A DNA stretch of 64,000 nucleotides from positions 96,001-160,000 of the forward strand of contig JAHLVW010000066.1 in the NCBI GenBank assembly GCA_019058275.1, in the 5' to 3' direction. Shown in pieces: positions 49,404-58,980 of this stretch (within the stretch, counting starts at the first letter, position 1; each line of letters begins with the position of its first letter). The stretch is from Candidatus Heimdallarchaeota archaeon. Lineage in GTDB: Archaea; Asgardarchaeota; Heimdallarchaeia; JABLTI01. The translations under genes were made by a program, and so were the position numbers. The notes beneath the pieces were generated by a model. It was given only the letters and a program-made list of their open reading frames with translations, ran no database searches and had not been told where the DNA came from.

Positions 49404-50741
49404 CTATTCTTGTTGATCAAGGTTATCTTGCTCTTGACTTTCTTGAACAGATCCATCTTCAGGAGTTATTTCCTCAGATTTAGATTCTTCCTCTAGCAAA
49501 GCTTCCTTAGCTAATTTCTTTACATCTTCTCTTTTAGCTTCTTCCTCAACAATTCCCATTTCACGAGCGACCAAAATTTCAAGAATCTTATCTGATAACT
49601 TACTACAATCATCAATTATTAGTTCAGCATCTAAAGTATCAATGTGTAATTGCTCTTCATAACCCTTTATTAGTGGTAAAATGGTTGAAGACCAAATTGC
49701 TTTGGTTTCACTAAGCAAAGCTTGGGAATCGGCTGCAAACTCAGTAAGAGCTTCTCTCGAAGCTGTGCTGATAGTAAAAGGAGTCATTTTCTTTTTCAAC
49801 ATTTCATTTAATTGATCCTCATAATTTTTCAAGGCAGCTATAGCATTTCGCATTTCATCTCTTTTAGAAGCAACTATTTTTTCCATGCTTATAGGTGCTT
49901 CAATAGATGTCTCCACTTCTACAACTACAGGTTCAGGTGTATCAGAAGGTACATCAGAAATATCTTTTGGAGTTTTTACAGCTTTAGATTTTTCATCTAT
50001 TTCTTGTCGCTTTTTTAGCATAGCCTGTATTGCTTCACGCTCTTCACTTTCGAAAGACATCTCTCTTCCTTTAGATTTTTGTTTAGTGAAGAGTTCTTTT
50101 TCATCCCTCTCTAGTTCTATGCGTTTTGAAGATTCTCTAGGTCGAAATTGTCTAACAATGAGCAAAGCTCCTATTAAGAATAAAGTAACAATACCAGCAC
50201 TAATCAATATACCAATAATTAAGTTTCGATAATCTTTTGGTTCAGATAAGTCTGGAAAGTCTTCTGGATCGGTAGGATCAGTACCATGAGCAACTTCAAC
50301 ACCATCTGTAACTTGGTCACCATCTGTATCCGGATCAAGTGGGTTTGTATTATAAAATGATTCATACTCTGTAGTAAGACCATCATTATCAGGATCTGCA
50401 TTAATATCATCAACAACTAATGGATCCAAACCCCATTTTACTTCATACCCATCTGTAAGTAGATCGTCGTCTGTATCAGGATCGTTTGGGTCTGTATTAT
50501 AGATGTTAGTCTCATCATCATCTGAGAGTCCATCTCCATCGGAATCAACCTCATTACAGGGAAAAATCTCAGTTACTGAACTATCTAGAACCATTTTTTG
50601 ACAGAAGTTGATGTCCACTTTTGCGCTGGTTTTCGTGATTGCTAAAACACTTAACGAAACCATTAACAAAGTGATAATAAATAATGGACCCATTTTCAAT
50701 GGTTTAGATTTATTTCTTCTATCAATAAATGACTGGAACAT
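49404..50741 (-). CDS. Single-pass membrane protein with TSP3-like Ca-binding repeats and helical cytoplasmic tail
   Basis: Signal-like N-terminus, about four D.D.DGL.D..E repeats, TM helix, long charged helical C-terminus. Confidence 0.8.
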   Translation of the reverse strand: MFQSFIDRRNKSKPLKMGPLFIITLLMVSLSVLAITKTSAKVDINFCQKMVLDSSVTEIFPCNEVDSDGDGLSDDDETNIYNTDPNDPDTDDDLLTDGYEVKWGLDPLVVDDINADPDNDGLTTEYESFYNTNPLDPDTDGDQVTDGVEVAHGTDPTDPEDFPDLSEPKDYRNLIIGILISAGIVTLFLIGALLIVRQFRPRESSKRIELERDEKELFTKQKSKGREMSFESEEREAIQAMLKKRQEIDEKSKAVKTPKDISDVPSDTPEPVVVEVETSIEAPISMEKIVASKRDEMRNAIAALKNYEDQLNEMLKKKMTPFTISTASREALTEFAADSQALLSETKAIWSSTILPLIKGYEEQLHIDTLDAELIIDDCSKLSDKILEILVAREMGIVEEEAKREDVKKLAKEALLEEESKSEEITPEDGSVQESQEQDNLDQQE

Positions 50742-51026
50742 CAGTAACCAAACATCCTACAATTTACTAATATATGTGAATTTACTAGAAAAAAAGCTTT
50801 GTATAGAGCACTAAGGAAAAAAAATTCTTGATTCTTTTCAGAAGGAAATCTTCTTGATACAATAAAAATCATTCAATCACTGTTGGAAACTTAAATCTAG
50901 ATGAAAAAACAAGAATAAGAAACTTCTAGTTTGGATTTTTCTTTGATAAAATTGTCAATTATTTTCTCTCACTAAGAATTCATAATTATCCTACCTATTT
51001 GGAAATTAATCAAAATAAGAAGAAAT

Positions 51027-51140
51027 CTTAAATAACCAATCTTTTAGTTTTTGCGTGTCGACGATCTCAGTATTTAAGAATTATACTAATGTCTTGGTTT
51101 AGACTTAGGAAAAACTTCTTAAAATGAATTCACTCGACGG
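51027..51140 (+). promoter_or_regulatory. Promoter and structured 5' leader of rpl11
   Basis: CTTAAATA box at about 51027; nested stems GTCGA/TCGAC, TTTAAGAA/TTCTTAAA, CTAA.GTCT/AGAC.TTAG. Confidence 0.5.
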
Positions 51141-51179
51141 TTAAATAATTAATATTAGTACACAATTAGGTGCTAAACA

Positions 51180-51668
51180 ATGGCTGATCAAGAAATAAAA
51201 GTTCTCATTGAAGGCGGAAAAGCATCTCCCGCTCCACCATTAGGTCCGGCGTTAGGTCCAACTGGTGTAAACATTGGTGCAGTAATTGGTAAAATCAATC
51301 AAGAGACTTCCCAATTTAGAGGTATGAAAGTACCCGTAAAGATAATCATTCATCCTGACAAATCCTTTGACCTAGATGTAGGTATACCGACCACAAGCGG
51401 TTTAGTTCTGAAAGAAGCAGGATTAGCAAAGGGAGGTCATGGATCAACCGAAGAAGCACCAGAAGAACCTTTTGTAGGTAATCTTAGTTGGGAACAAATC
51501 TTCAAAATAACTGAAATCAAGAAACAAGCTAGTTTTGCTTCTAGCAAGAAGACATTAGTTAAAGAAATTTTAGGAACAATGTTAAGCTGTAAAGTATCTT
51601 GTGAAGGTAAAGATCCTCGAGAAGTACAAAAAGAAATCGACAAAGGTGTCCATGATAGTCGCTTCTAG
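51180..51668 (+). CDS. rpl11: 50S ribosomal protein uL11
   Basis: GGKASPAPPLGPALGP.GVN, F.GMKVPV, KEILGT..S. Confidence 0.96.
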   Translation: MADQEIKVLIEGGKASPAPPLGPALGPTGVNIGAVIGKINQETSQFRGMKVPVKIIIHPDKSFDLDVGIPTTSGLVLKEAGLAKGGHGSTEEAPEEPFVGNLSWEQIFKITEIKKQASFASSKKTLVKEILGTMLSCKVSCEGKDPREVQKEIDKGVHDSRF

Positions 51669-51881
51669 ACAAAAGAAGTAAATACTGACATTACCCAAAC
51701 TTTTATTTTTCTCTTGTTTTGAGTTAAGCTGTGTATGCTACTAAGTATACATTTGAGCCAAAAAAATAACGAACAAAATTGATTTAGAGAAAGACAATGA
51801 ATTTCATCGTTAATCATGAGCTTTACTCTAATGGTTAAATGTTTCAATTTAAGGTTAATATAATTTGAAACCATGTAAGAG

Positions 51882-54014
51882 GTGTTAAAAATTACAAAAT
51901 ATCCTGGTCTGAAATTTATGTTCAGACCCAAAAGTATCGCAGTTATCGGTGCTTCTAAGAAACCTGGGAAAATCGGTTATGAGATAGTGGATAACATTAT
52001 TTCTTATGGTTTTAAAGGAGAATTATATCCTGTCAATCTAAAAGAAACGGAAATTCTCGGGAAAAAGGTTTACAAAACAATTTCTGATGTTCCTGGAGAA
52101 GTTGATTTTGCTGTCATTTCAATTCCTGCAAAATTCGTACCTGCAGCCTTGGAAGAATGTGGAAAGAAAGGTGTCAAATCAGCTGCAGTCATCACAAGTG
52201 GTTTTGGGGAAGTAGGTGACCATGAAACTGAACAAAAACTAGTAGACATTGCTATAAAGTACAATATACCTTTCATCGGACCAAATATCTTTGGTATGGT
52301 ATACACTCCCGCAAACTTAAATGCCTCATTTGGACCTGGTGATGTTAAACCTGGAAAATTAGCTTTTATTACACAGAGTGGTGCATTAGGTATTGCTTTG
52401 ATGGGATGGACTATTACAAATAAAATTGGTCTTTCTGCATTAATTAGCATTGGTAACAAAGCGCAAATTGGTGAGAACGAGCTCTTAGATAGTTACTTGA
52501 AAAACGATCCAAATACAAAAGCAATACTTTTGTATGTTGAGGGATTGAGAGAAGGGCAATTAGCAATGAAGATTTTCAAGGAGGTTGGTTTGAAAAAACC
52601 AATTATTGCTTTAAAATCGGGACGATCAGTAAGAGGAGCAGTTGCAGCAGTAAGTCATACAGGCAGTCTTGCAGGTTCTGATAAGATATATTCTGCTGCT
52701 TTCAAACAAATGGGTGTGCTTAGAGCAATTGATGCTTCCGAAGCTTTTGATTGGGCAAGATGTATCACAAATAACCCACGACCTAAAGGACAGAATGTTC
52801 TTATTATCACAAATGGTGGTGGAGTAGGTGTTATGGCCACAGATGCTTGTGAAGATCACAACATTGAACTTTACAATGATCAAGAAAAACTCAAAGAACT
52901 ATTCTTCAAACCAGAAATAATGCCTCCTTTTGGTTCAACAAAAAATCCTGTTGATATTACTGGTCAAGGTGGGGAATTGGCCTATAAGCGAGCAATTGAA
53001 GCAGCCTATCAAGCTGATGAAATAGATGCAATTGTTGTTCTTTATTGTCAAACTGCTACAACAAATCCTGATTTATTAGCAGATTACGTTATTGAAGAAG
53101 TTAATCAACATAAAGGAAAGAAACCGTTTGTAATTGCTAGTATCGGTGGAGAAGCTGTTGAAGCAATGGTTGATAAATTAAACGAGGAAGAAATTCCTGC
53201 ATTTGATTTGCCTGAAAAAGCAATTTCCGCAATGGCTGCACTATATCGTTGGTCCAATTTCATTGAAAGACAAGAAAGGTTAGGAAAAGATACACTAATG
53301 AAATTGCCATTAGAGGAAATTAACAAGATCATTAAACCGATAAGAAAAGAGGGTCGGGCTCAAATGCTTGAGCACGAAGCTAAAGAATTGTTCAAGCTTT
53401 GTGGTTTAGAAGTTCCTCCATTTGCTTTAGTACAATCTGCAGAAGAAGCTGGTGAAGTGGCGAAAAAAGTTGGTTTCCCGGTTGTTATGAAAATAGTATC
53501 TGAAGATATCATTCATAAGAGTGAAGCTGGTGGAGTTATCATTGGTTTAAATGATATCCTTCATGTTGAAGAAGCATATGACAAAATCATAGAGAATGCT
53601 AAAGCATACAAAACAGGCGCAAATATTCGTGGAATTTTAGTAACACATATGGTACCAAAAGCAACAGAGGTAATTATCGGTGTTACAAGAGATCCATCTT
53701 TTGGACCAGTAGTTATGTTTGGTCTCGGAGGTATCTACGTAGAAATTCTTAAGGACGTCGTTTTCAGAGTTGCTCCATTCCCACCTGATGAAGCTCAACA
53801 TATGATTGATGGAATTAAAGCAAAAGACATGCTTTATGGTGCTAGAGGAAAGAAATCATGTGACATTGATGCACTTAGACATACAATTCACTTAATAAGT
53901 CAATTAGTATCACAAGTAGACGACATAAAAGAACTAGATATCAATCCACTATTTGCTCTTGAAGAAGGAGCAAGTGTTGTGGATGCAAGAATTACTTTAA
54001 CTGATAACAAATAA
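51882..54014 (+). CDS. ADP-forming acyl-CoA synthetase, fused alpha/beta
   Basis: PKSIAVIGAS, QSGALG, SHTGSLAG, NPVD, HKSEAGGV, ELDINP ATP-grasp. Confidence 0.94.
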   Translation: MLKITKYPGLKFMFRPKSIAVIGASKKPGKIGYEIVDNIISYGFKGELYPVNLKETEILGKKVYKTISDVPGEVDFAVISIPAKFVPAALEECGKKGVKSAAVITSGFGEVGDHETEQKLVDIAIKYNIPFIGPNIFGMVYTPANLNASFGPGDVKPGKLAFITQSGALGIALMGWTITNKIGLSALISIGNKAQIGENELLDSYLKNDPNTKAILLYVEGLREGQLAMKIFKEVGLKKPIIALKSGRSVRGAVAAVSHTGSLAGSDKIYSAAFKQMGVLRAIDASEAFDWARCITNNPRPKGQNVLIITNGGGVGVMATDACEDHNIELYNDQEKLKELFFKPEIMPPFGSTKNPVDITGQGGELAYKRAIEAAYQADEIDAIVVLYCQTATTNPDLLADYVIEEVNQHKGKKPFVIASIGGEAVEAMVDKLNEEEIPAFDLPEKAISAMAALYRWSNFIERQERLGKDTLMKLPLEEINKIIKPIRKEGRAQMLEHEAKELFKLCGLEVPPFALVQSAEEAGEVAKKVGFPVVMKIVSEDIIHKSEAGGVIIGLNDILHVEEAYDKIIENAKAYKTGANIRGILVTHMVPKATEVIIGVTRDPSFGPVVMFGLGGIYVEILKDVVFRVAPFPPDEAQHMIDGIKAKDMLYGARGKKSCDIDALRHTIHLISQLVSQVDDIKELDINPLFALEEGASVVDARITLTDNK

Positions 54015-54016
54015 TT

Positions 54017-54039
54017 GAGTGAACTCTGTTCACTCTTTT
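54017..54039 (+). terminator. Hairpin plus T-tract after the acyl-CoA synthetase
   Basis: GAGTGAAC-TCT-GTTCACTC-TTTT. Confidence 0.6.
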
Positions 54040-54126
54040 ACTAATTTTTCTTCTTCGATAATTTAAAAAACACTTAAGTCCATCAGAGATAATTGAGAAA
54101 GAAGTTGTGTTGAATTCCAGTAAAGG

Positions 54127-55317
54127 GTGGTAAGTACAATATACAAATTCTATTACAAAAATGGCCTACAATTTGATTTTCCTAATAATCAAAGATTGCT
54201 TATTGATGGAAAAAGTTCTAAGGTTCCTTTAAATGCCCAGACTATTGTAACACATGCTCACTCTGATCATTTCACTTTTATGTATTCTACTCCGAATACT
54301 CGAGCAACACAAGAAACAATTGACCTATTTCTATGTCAAAAAAAGCCAAGTGGTTCAATAAAATTTGAACCAGTTAATTTTAATGAAAAAGTTGAGTTTC
54401 TATCATCGTTAGATGATTTGGATATACGATTAATTCCCTCAGGGCATATTCTTGGTTCTGCATCTGTCTTGATAAGTTATAAAAGCAAAAACATTCTCTT
54501 CACTAGTGATATAGGTGGAAAAGGTCAGCTTACAGTAAAAGACTCAATGAAGGTGCCAAAAGCAGACATCTTGATTATTGAAGCAACATTTGGATCACCT
54601 GAATTATCATTTCCATCAAGAGAAGAAATTTCAATGGACATTTTGAAATGGTCTGCAGATGTAGTTAAAGAAAAAAGAAATGTAGTGTTTTTTGCAGGGA
54701 AAATTGGTTCAGCACAAGAACTGATTAAGATGTATAATAATCTAACAAATCTTCGAGTTATTACACATGGTGAAGTTACTCCTGTTAGTGAAGTCTATCA
54801 GAAACATGGTATAAAATTAGAGTTCTTTGATTCAAAATCTGAGGAAGGGAGAGAAATTCTAAGAGATGGTGAAGCAATCGTTATACAGCCTCGAGGAAAG
54901 AAAATGGTTCCCTTTTTCATTAAAGAACATGTTAATTGTCGTAGTGCAATTGTTACTGGAATGGCCTCAAGGTTTCAATACAAGGATTTTGATGCTGCAT
55001 TCCCATTATCTTCACATGCAAATTATGCTGAATTAGTAGATTACATTAATACAGTATCTCCTGAAATAATCTTTACAATGTATGGTCTCGAGAAGAAACT
55101 TGCAAATGCTATTACAAATGAACTGAAAATTGAAGCAATACCTCTAAGAGAAAAAAAAGAAGAACCTAATATTCAGCAAACAACAAAGATATCTTATGTA
55201 AAGAAAGAAAAATCTCTCACAAGAGATCAGCAAGATTTTAATCAAAAGAAGGATTTACCATTAAAGAAAGATTCCAAAAAAGTAACAACTTTAGATGATT
55301 TCTTTAGTAAAGAATAA
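54127..55317 (+). CDS. MBL-fold beta-CASP-like nuclease
   Basis: THAHSDH, GHILGSA, FTSD, EATFG, LSSHA. Confidence 0.85.
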   Translation: MVSTIYKFYYKNGLQFDFPNNQRLLIDGKSSKVPLNAQTIVTHAHSDHFTFMYSTPNTRATQETIDLFLCQKKPSGSIKFEPVNFNEKVEFLSSLDDLDIRLIPSGHILGSASVLISYKSKNILFTSDIGGKGQLTVKDSMKVPKADILIIEATFGSPELSFPSREEISMDILKWSADVVKEKRNVVFFAGKIGSAQELIKMYNNLTNLRVITHGEVTPVSEVYQKHGIKLEFFDSKSEEGREILRDGEAIVIQPRGKKMVPFFIKEHVNCRSAIVTGMASRFQYKDFDAAFPLSSHANYAELVDYINTVSPEIIFTMYGLEKKLANAITNELKIEAIPLREKKEEPNIQQTTKISYVKKEKSLTRDQQDFNQKKDLPLKKDSKKVTTLDDFFSKE

Positions 55318-55741
55318 TTTCTTGAGGGATATGATGACTGAAGTTTTCTATATGGATTTAGAGCAAATCCAACCTAGTCAACTGTATATTAGCAAACGAA
55401 AATTAAGGAAAATACAGAAAGCAATTGATCCAACAGATGTGTCAACATTAGAAGTGGTTCCAATTAAAAAATTAGGCTCTGATATTATCTATACCGATGG
55501 TCATACTAGAGCATATGCTGCTTATTTAGCTGGAATTACTAGAATTAGAGTCGAATGGGAAACCGAGGATTTAGATTGGGAAATGTATGAGATTTGTGTT
55601 GGTTGGTGTAAGGAAGCAGGTATTTTCACAGTTGTGGATTTTAAAGGTAGAGAGATCGATCAAAAATCCTATAGAAAATTGTGGTATAAACGATGTGCAC
55701 TAATGCAGAATGAAATTAATGAAAACCGAATGAAAGTATAA
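55295..55741 (+). CDS. Small ParB/Srx-like domain protein
   Basis: IQPSQLYIS and YTDGHTRAYAA motifs. Confidence 0.65.
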   Translation: MISLVKNNFLRDMMTEVFYMDLEQIQPSQLYISKRKLRKIQKAIDPTDVSTLEVVPIKKLGSDIIYTDGHTRAYAAYLAGITRIRVEWETEDLDWEMYEICVGWCKEAGIFTVVDFKGREIDQKSYRKLWYKRCALMQNEINENRMKV

Positions 55742-55753
55742 TTCAATGTTTCT

Positions 55754-56623
55754 TTATATTATTTTACCATATTTAATATCCCGTGCTTTAATAATTTCAA
55801 TATCACGAGTTAAGCATCCATCTTTTATCTTTTGAATTAACTCAGCATTTAAACTACTTCTATCAATAATTACCCATTTAACTTTCTCATATGTTTTATC
55901 AATCATCTGTCCTACAATTTCAGCTGTTAAATTATTTTTTTGGTATTTAGGCAGAATGTGACCAATTGCTACAGGAGTTAATTCCATGAGTTCATTAAAA
56001 CGAGTTGCATAATGGCCCCCACCAAAACAAATGCTAGGAATAATTTCTTCTTTATCTTGATTTAAACAAATATTCATCAAAGTACGAGCTACCGCTAAAA
56101 CTGCTTTTTCATTATTATACTCTACTTCTGTACTCCCAACTTCAACAAATAGCAAAGGAGTTTTCATACTTGTAGGTCCATGATGAGTAGCTTCTACTGT
56201 AACATCAAATTCATCTAAATCAAGTAAGTCTTTTTCCTTCTTCAATCCCAAATATGATTCTCTGATAGCTCGAGTGCATGCATAAGCTAATTCAACTGGA
56301 TTTCCGCCATGGCTGTTATCCTTGCCTAAATTCCCGGTTACGTGAGTTAATAGACTTGGTTTATTTGCTTCACTTTTATGACGAGAACCATATAGTAGCA
56401 AATCAGAATTCAAAATATCACAATGATCAGCGTTAATAACATCTTTCTCAGAATAGACTAAACGAATCCCCCTAAATTCGTAAATTGGTGTTCCATCAAA
56501 AGCCTCTTCAGTTTCCACAAAATCCCAATTATCCAATAGCGCTTTTCTTATATTTATACCACAAACATTTTGTTTCGTTGTGAGAATAACTGGTTTCTTA
56601 AGCTTCATATTAACACACATCAT
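55754..56623 (-). CDS. dtdA: Archaeal D-aminoacyl-tRNA deacylase
   Basis: SRHKS, LTHVTGN, EATHHGPT, FVEVGS, FGGGHY, GHILPKY. Confidence 0.93.
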   Translation of the reverse strand: MMCVNMKLKKPVILTTKQNVCGINIRKALLDNWDFVETEEAFDGTPIYEFRGIRLVYSEKDVINADHCDILNSDLLLYGSRHKSEANKPSLLTHVTGNLGKDNSHGGNPVELAYACTRAIRESYLGLKKEKDLLDLDEFDVTVEATHHGPTSMKTPLLFVEVGSTEVEYNNEKAVLAVARTLMNICLNQDKEEIIPSICFGGGHYATRFNELMELTPVAIGHILPKYQKNNLTAEIVGQMIDKTYEKVKWVIIDRSSLNAELIQKIKDGCLTRDIEIIKARDIKYGKII

Positions 56624-56624
56624 T

Positions 56625-57538
56625 TTACATCGTTTGTTTACTTTTGATAAACTCTTCTACTTCATCCTTTTTCAGCATACCATCTCGAGCATTTGAAAGA
56701 GTAATTTGCAGTGCTGCACAAGCTGCAGCTCTTGTTCCGATGTCTTTTAAATCTAAACCTTCAAGGTAATAGTGAATGAAACCAGTTGCATAGGCTTCAC
56801 CTGCTCCAGTTGTGTCGATTACAGGGACTTTATAACTAGGGATTTCGATTATTTGTCCATCAGCTAATATATATGATCCATTTTCACCCATTGTTATATT
56901 AAAAATATCAACATTTTATTCATTGCTTTTTTTAGTACAACTTTATTAATTTCTGGAGCATTAAATGCTCTTTGAAATCCTAATTGATTCATAAATACAA
57001 TAGAGTAATCAGCTATAGCTTGTAAAATTTGTTCGCTTGATAAAGACATCATTTATCCTCCTAAATCGATGGAAGAGATTATGTTGAGTTTTTTACACAG
57101 CTTAACTACTTTGAGAGCAATCTCTGCATTAACACTTGAGACATGTACTATTTTCACATTATTCAGCAAATTAGTTGTAATTTCTTTGAGTGAAAGCAAT
57201 TCATTTGCTTCTCTATAACCAATCTTTATGGATTGTCCGTTCTTATCAACTAGTATTATAACAAAACCTGTTGGTACATCAACCTCAACAACAACGTTCG
57301 TAGTATCAACGTTTTCTAAAATGAGCGATTCGATTCCTTTCTTGCCATTATGATCATTACCAACATGGTCAAAAAGTGATACATCAGAACCCAATCTTGC
57401 TAATCCTACTGCAAAATTACAAGCACCACCACCAGGAACGATAGAGAGATTAGATACGATTACTTTGTCATCTGGTTTTGGCAAATGTGGCACTGAGCAA
57501 ATAATATCAACGTTAATATTCCCAATTGTAAGAATCAA
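56625..57538 (-). pseudogene. PfkB carbohydrate kinase, disrupted by TAA at 57053-57055 and a frameshift near 56920
   Basis: PGGGACNFAVGLARLG in the 5' ORF; IDTTGAGE (catalytic D changed to E) in the 3' ORF. Confidence 0.85.
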
Positions 57539-57664
57539 TTTACTCTCAATCCTTAATCATTTATATTTTTGTAGACAAGAATTTGGTTGCTACTTTAATC
57601 TTTTGAAACTGCTAATAAAAAATAAAGGAGGGGAGAACCCCAATAAAATTCATTTTTGTTATTC

Positions 57665-58606
57665 TTAATCTTTCATGAAAGCAAGTAAAACTGCTTTTTG
57701 TGAATGTTTTCGATTTTCAGCTTCATCAAAAACTACACTTTGTTTACTATCAATAACTTCGTCAGTTACTTCATAACCACGATGTGCCGGTAGACAATGT
57801 AAGAATATTGCATCACTCTTTGCATGGCCCATTAATTCTTTGTTTACTGTGTAGTCTTTGAATATCTTCAATCGAATTTCTTTTTGTGCTTCATCGCCCA
57901 TGGAAATCCAAGTATCAGTGTATACAACATCTGCATTCTTAACACCAGAAGGTATGTCTTTAGTTATTTCTAATTTTGTTCCCATTTTCTTAGCAATTTC
58001 TAGAACTTTCTTGGTGATTTTTTCATCTGGTCTGTAATCATCTGGACATACAACTGAAACATCCATGCCCATCTTAGTGCAACCAATCAAAAGTGAATGA
58101 CAGACATTATTGCCATCTCCAACATAAACAAGTTTCAATCCTTTTAATTTGCCTTTATGCTCACGAATTGTTTGTAAGTCAGCAAGAATTTGACAAGGAT
58201 GATAAAGATTGCATAAGCCATTAATAACTGGAATAGTAGAATACTTTGCAAGATCTTGTAGTGTTTTGTGTTTGTATACTCGAGCCATGATACCTCCCAA
58301 ATATCTCGAGAGAACTTGTGCAGTATCACCTGGAGTTTCTCCAGTTCCTACAAGTTGAGTATCACGAAAACTCAAGAAAATTGGTTGACCACCAAGCTCC
58401 CAGATGCCTGCCTCAAAAGAAACTCTAGTTCTAGTTGATGTTTTTTCAAACATCATTCCAAGGCTCTTCTTCAATGGCTCTCTGTTGGGATGCCCACCAT
58501 GTTCTTTAAACTCTTTTTTCAATTCACCCCCTAAATCTAGAAAATACTTTATTTCTTCAGTGGTAAAATCAAATAGAGTTAATAAGTGACGTCCTTTAAA
58601 GTCCAT
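57665..58606 (-). CDS. argF: Ornithine carbamoyltransferase
   Basis: FEKTSTRTR, HPCQ, GDGNN, DTWISMG, HCLP, EAENR. Confidence 0.97.
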   Translation of the reverse strand: MDFKGRHLLTLFDFTTEEIKYFLDLGGELKKEFKEHGGHPNREPLKKSLGMMFEKTSTRTRVSFEAGIWELGGQPIFLSFRDTQLVGTGETPGDTAQVLSRYLGGIMARVYKHKTLQDLAKYSTIPVINGLCNLYHPCQILADLQTIREHKGKLKGLKLVYVGDGNNVCHSLLIGCTKMGMDVSVVCPDDYRPDEKITKKVLEIAKKMGTKLEITKDIPSGVKNADVVYTDTWISMGDEAQKEIRLKIFKDYTVNKELMGHAKSDAIFLHCLPAHRGYEVTDEVIDSKQSVVFDEAENRKHSQKAVLLAFMKD

Positions 58607-58980
58607 AATTATTCCTCGTTCAATATTTTTTCAAGTACAGCTGTTTTAATTCATCATTTTAAAATCTGCTGTAGGCTTAAATTCTTTTCACTTCTTGCGA
58701 CCGAGGAAAAGATAAACTCGGATTCACTTGGTTTCAAATAACAACCACTAATAAAATGTTCGTTCTAACTCGAAATTGAATTTTCTGCACATAAGAATGC
58801 TTTTTTTCTCTGAACTGTGAATTATTTGTTACATTTTTTCAGAGAATAAGTTGAAGTGAAAAATTATTAAGAGGTTATTCTTATAATTATAAGAAAAAAC
58901 TTATAAAAAGATTCTAAAATAAAATAAATATCAACTGTTAAATAATTCGTGGTAGATAATTGTATAGAGATGGTAAATAA

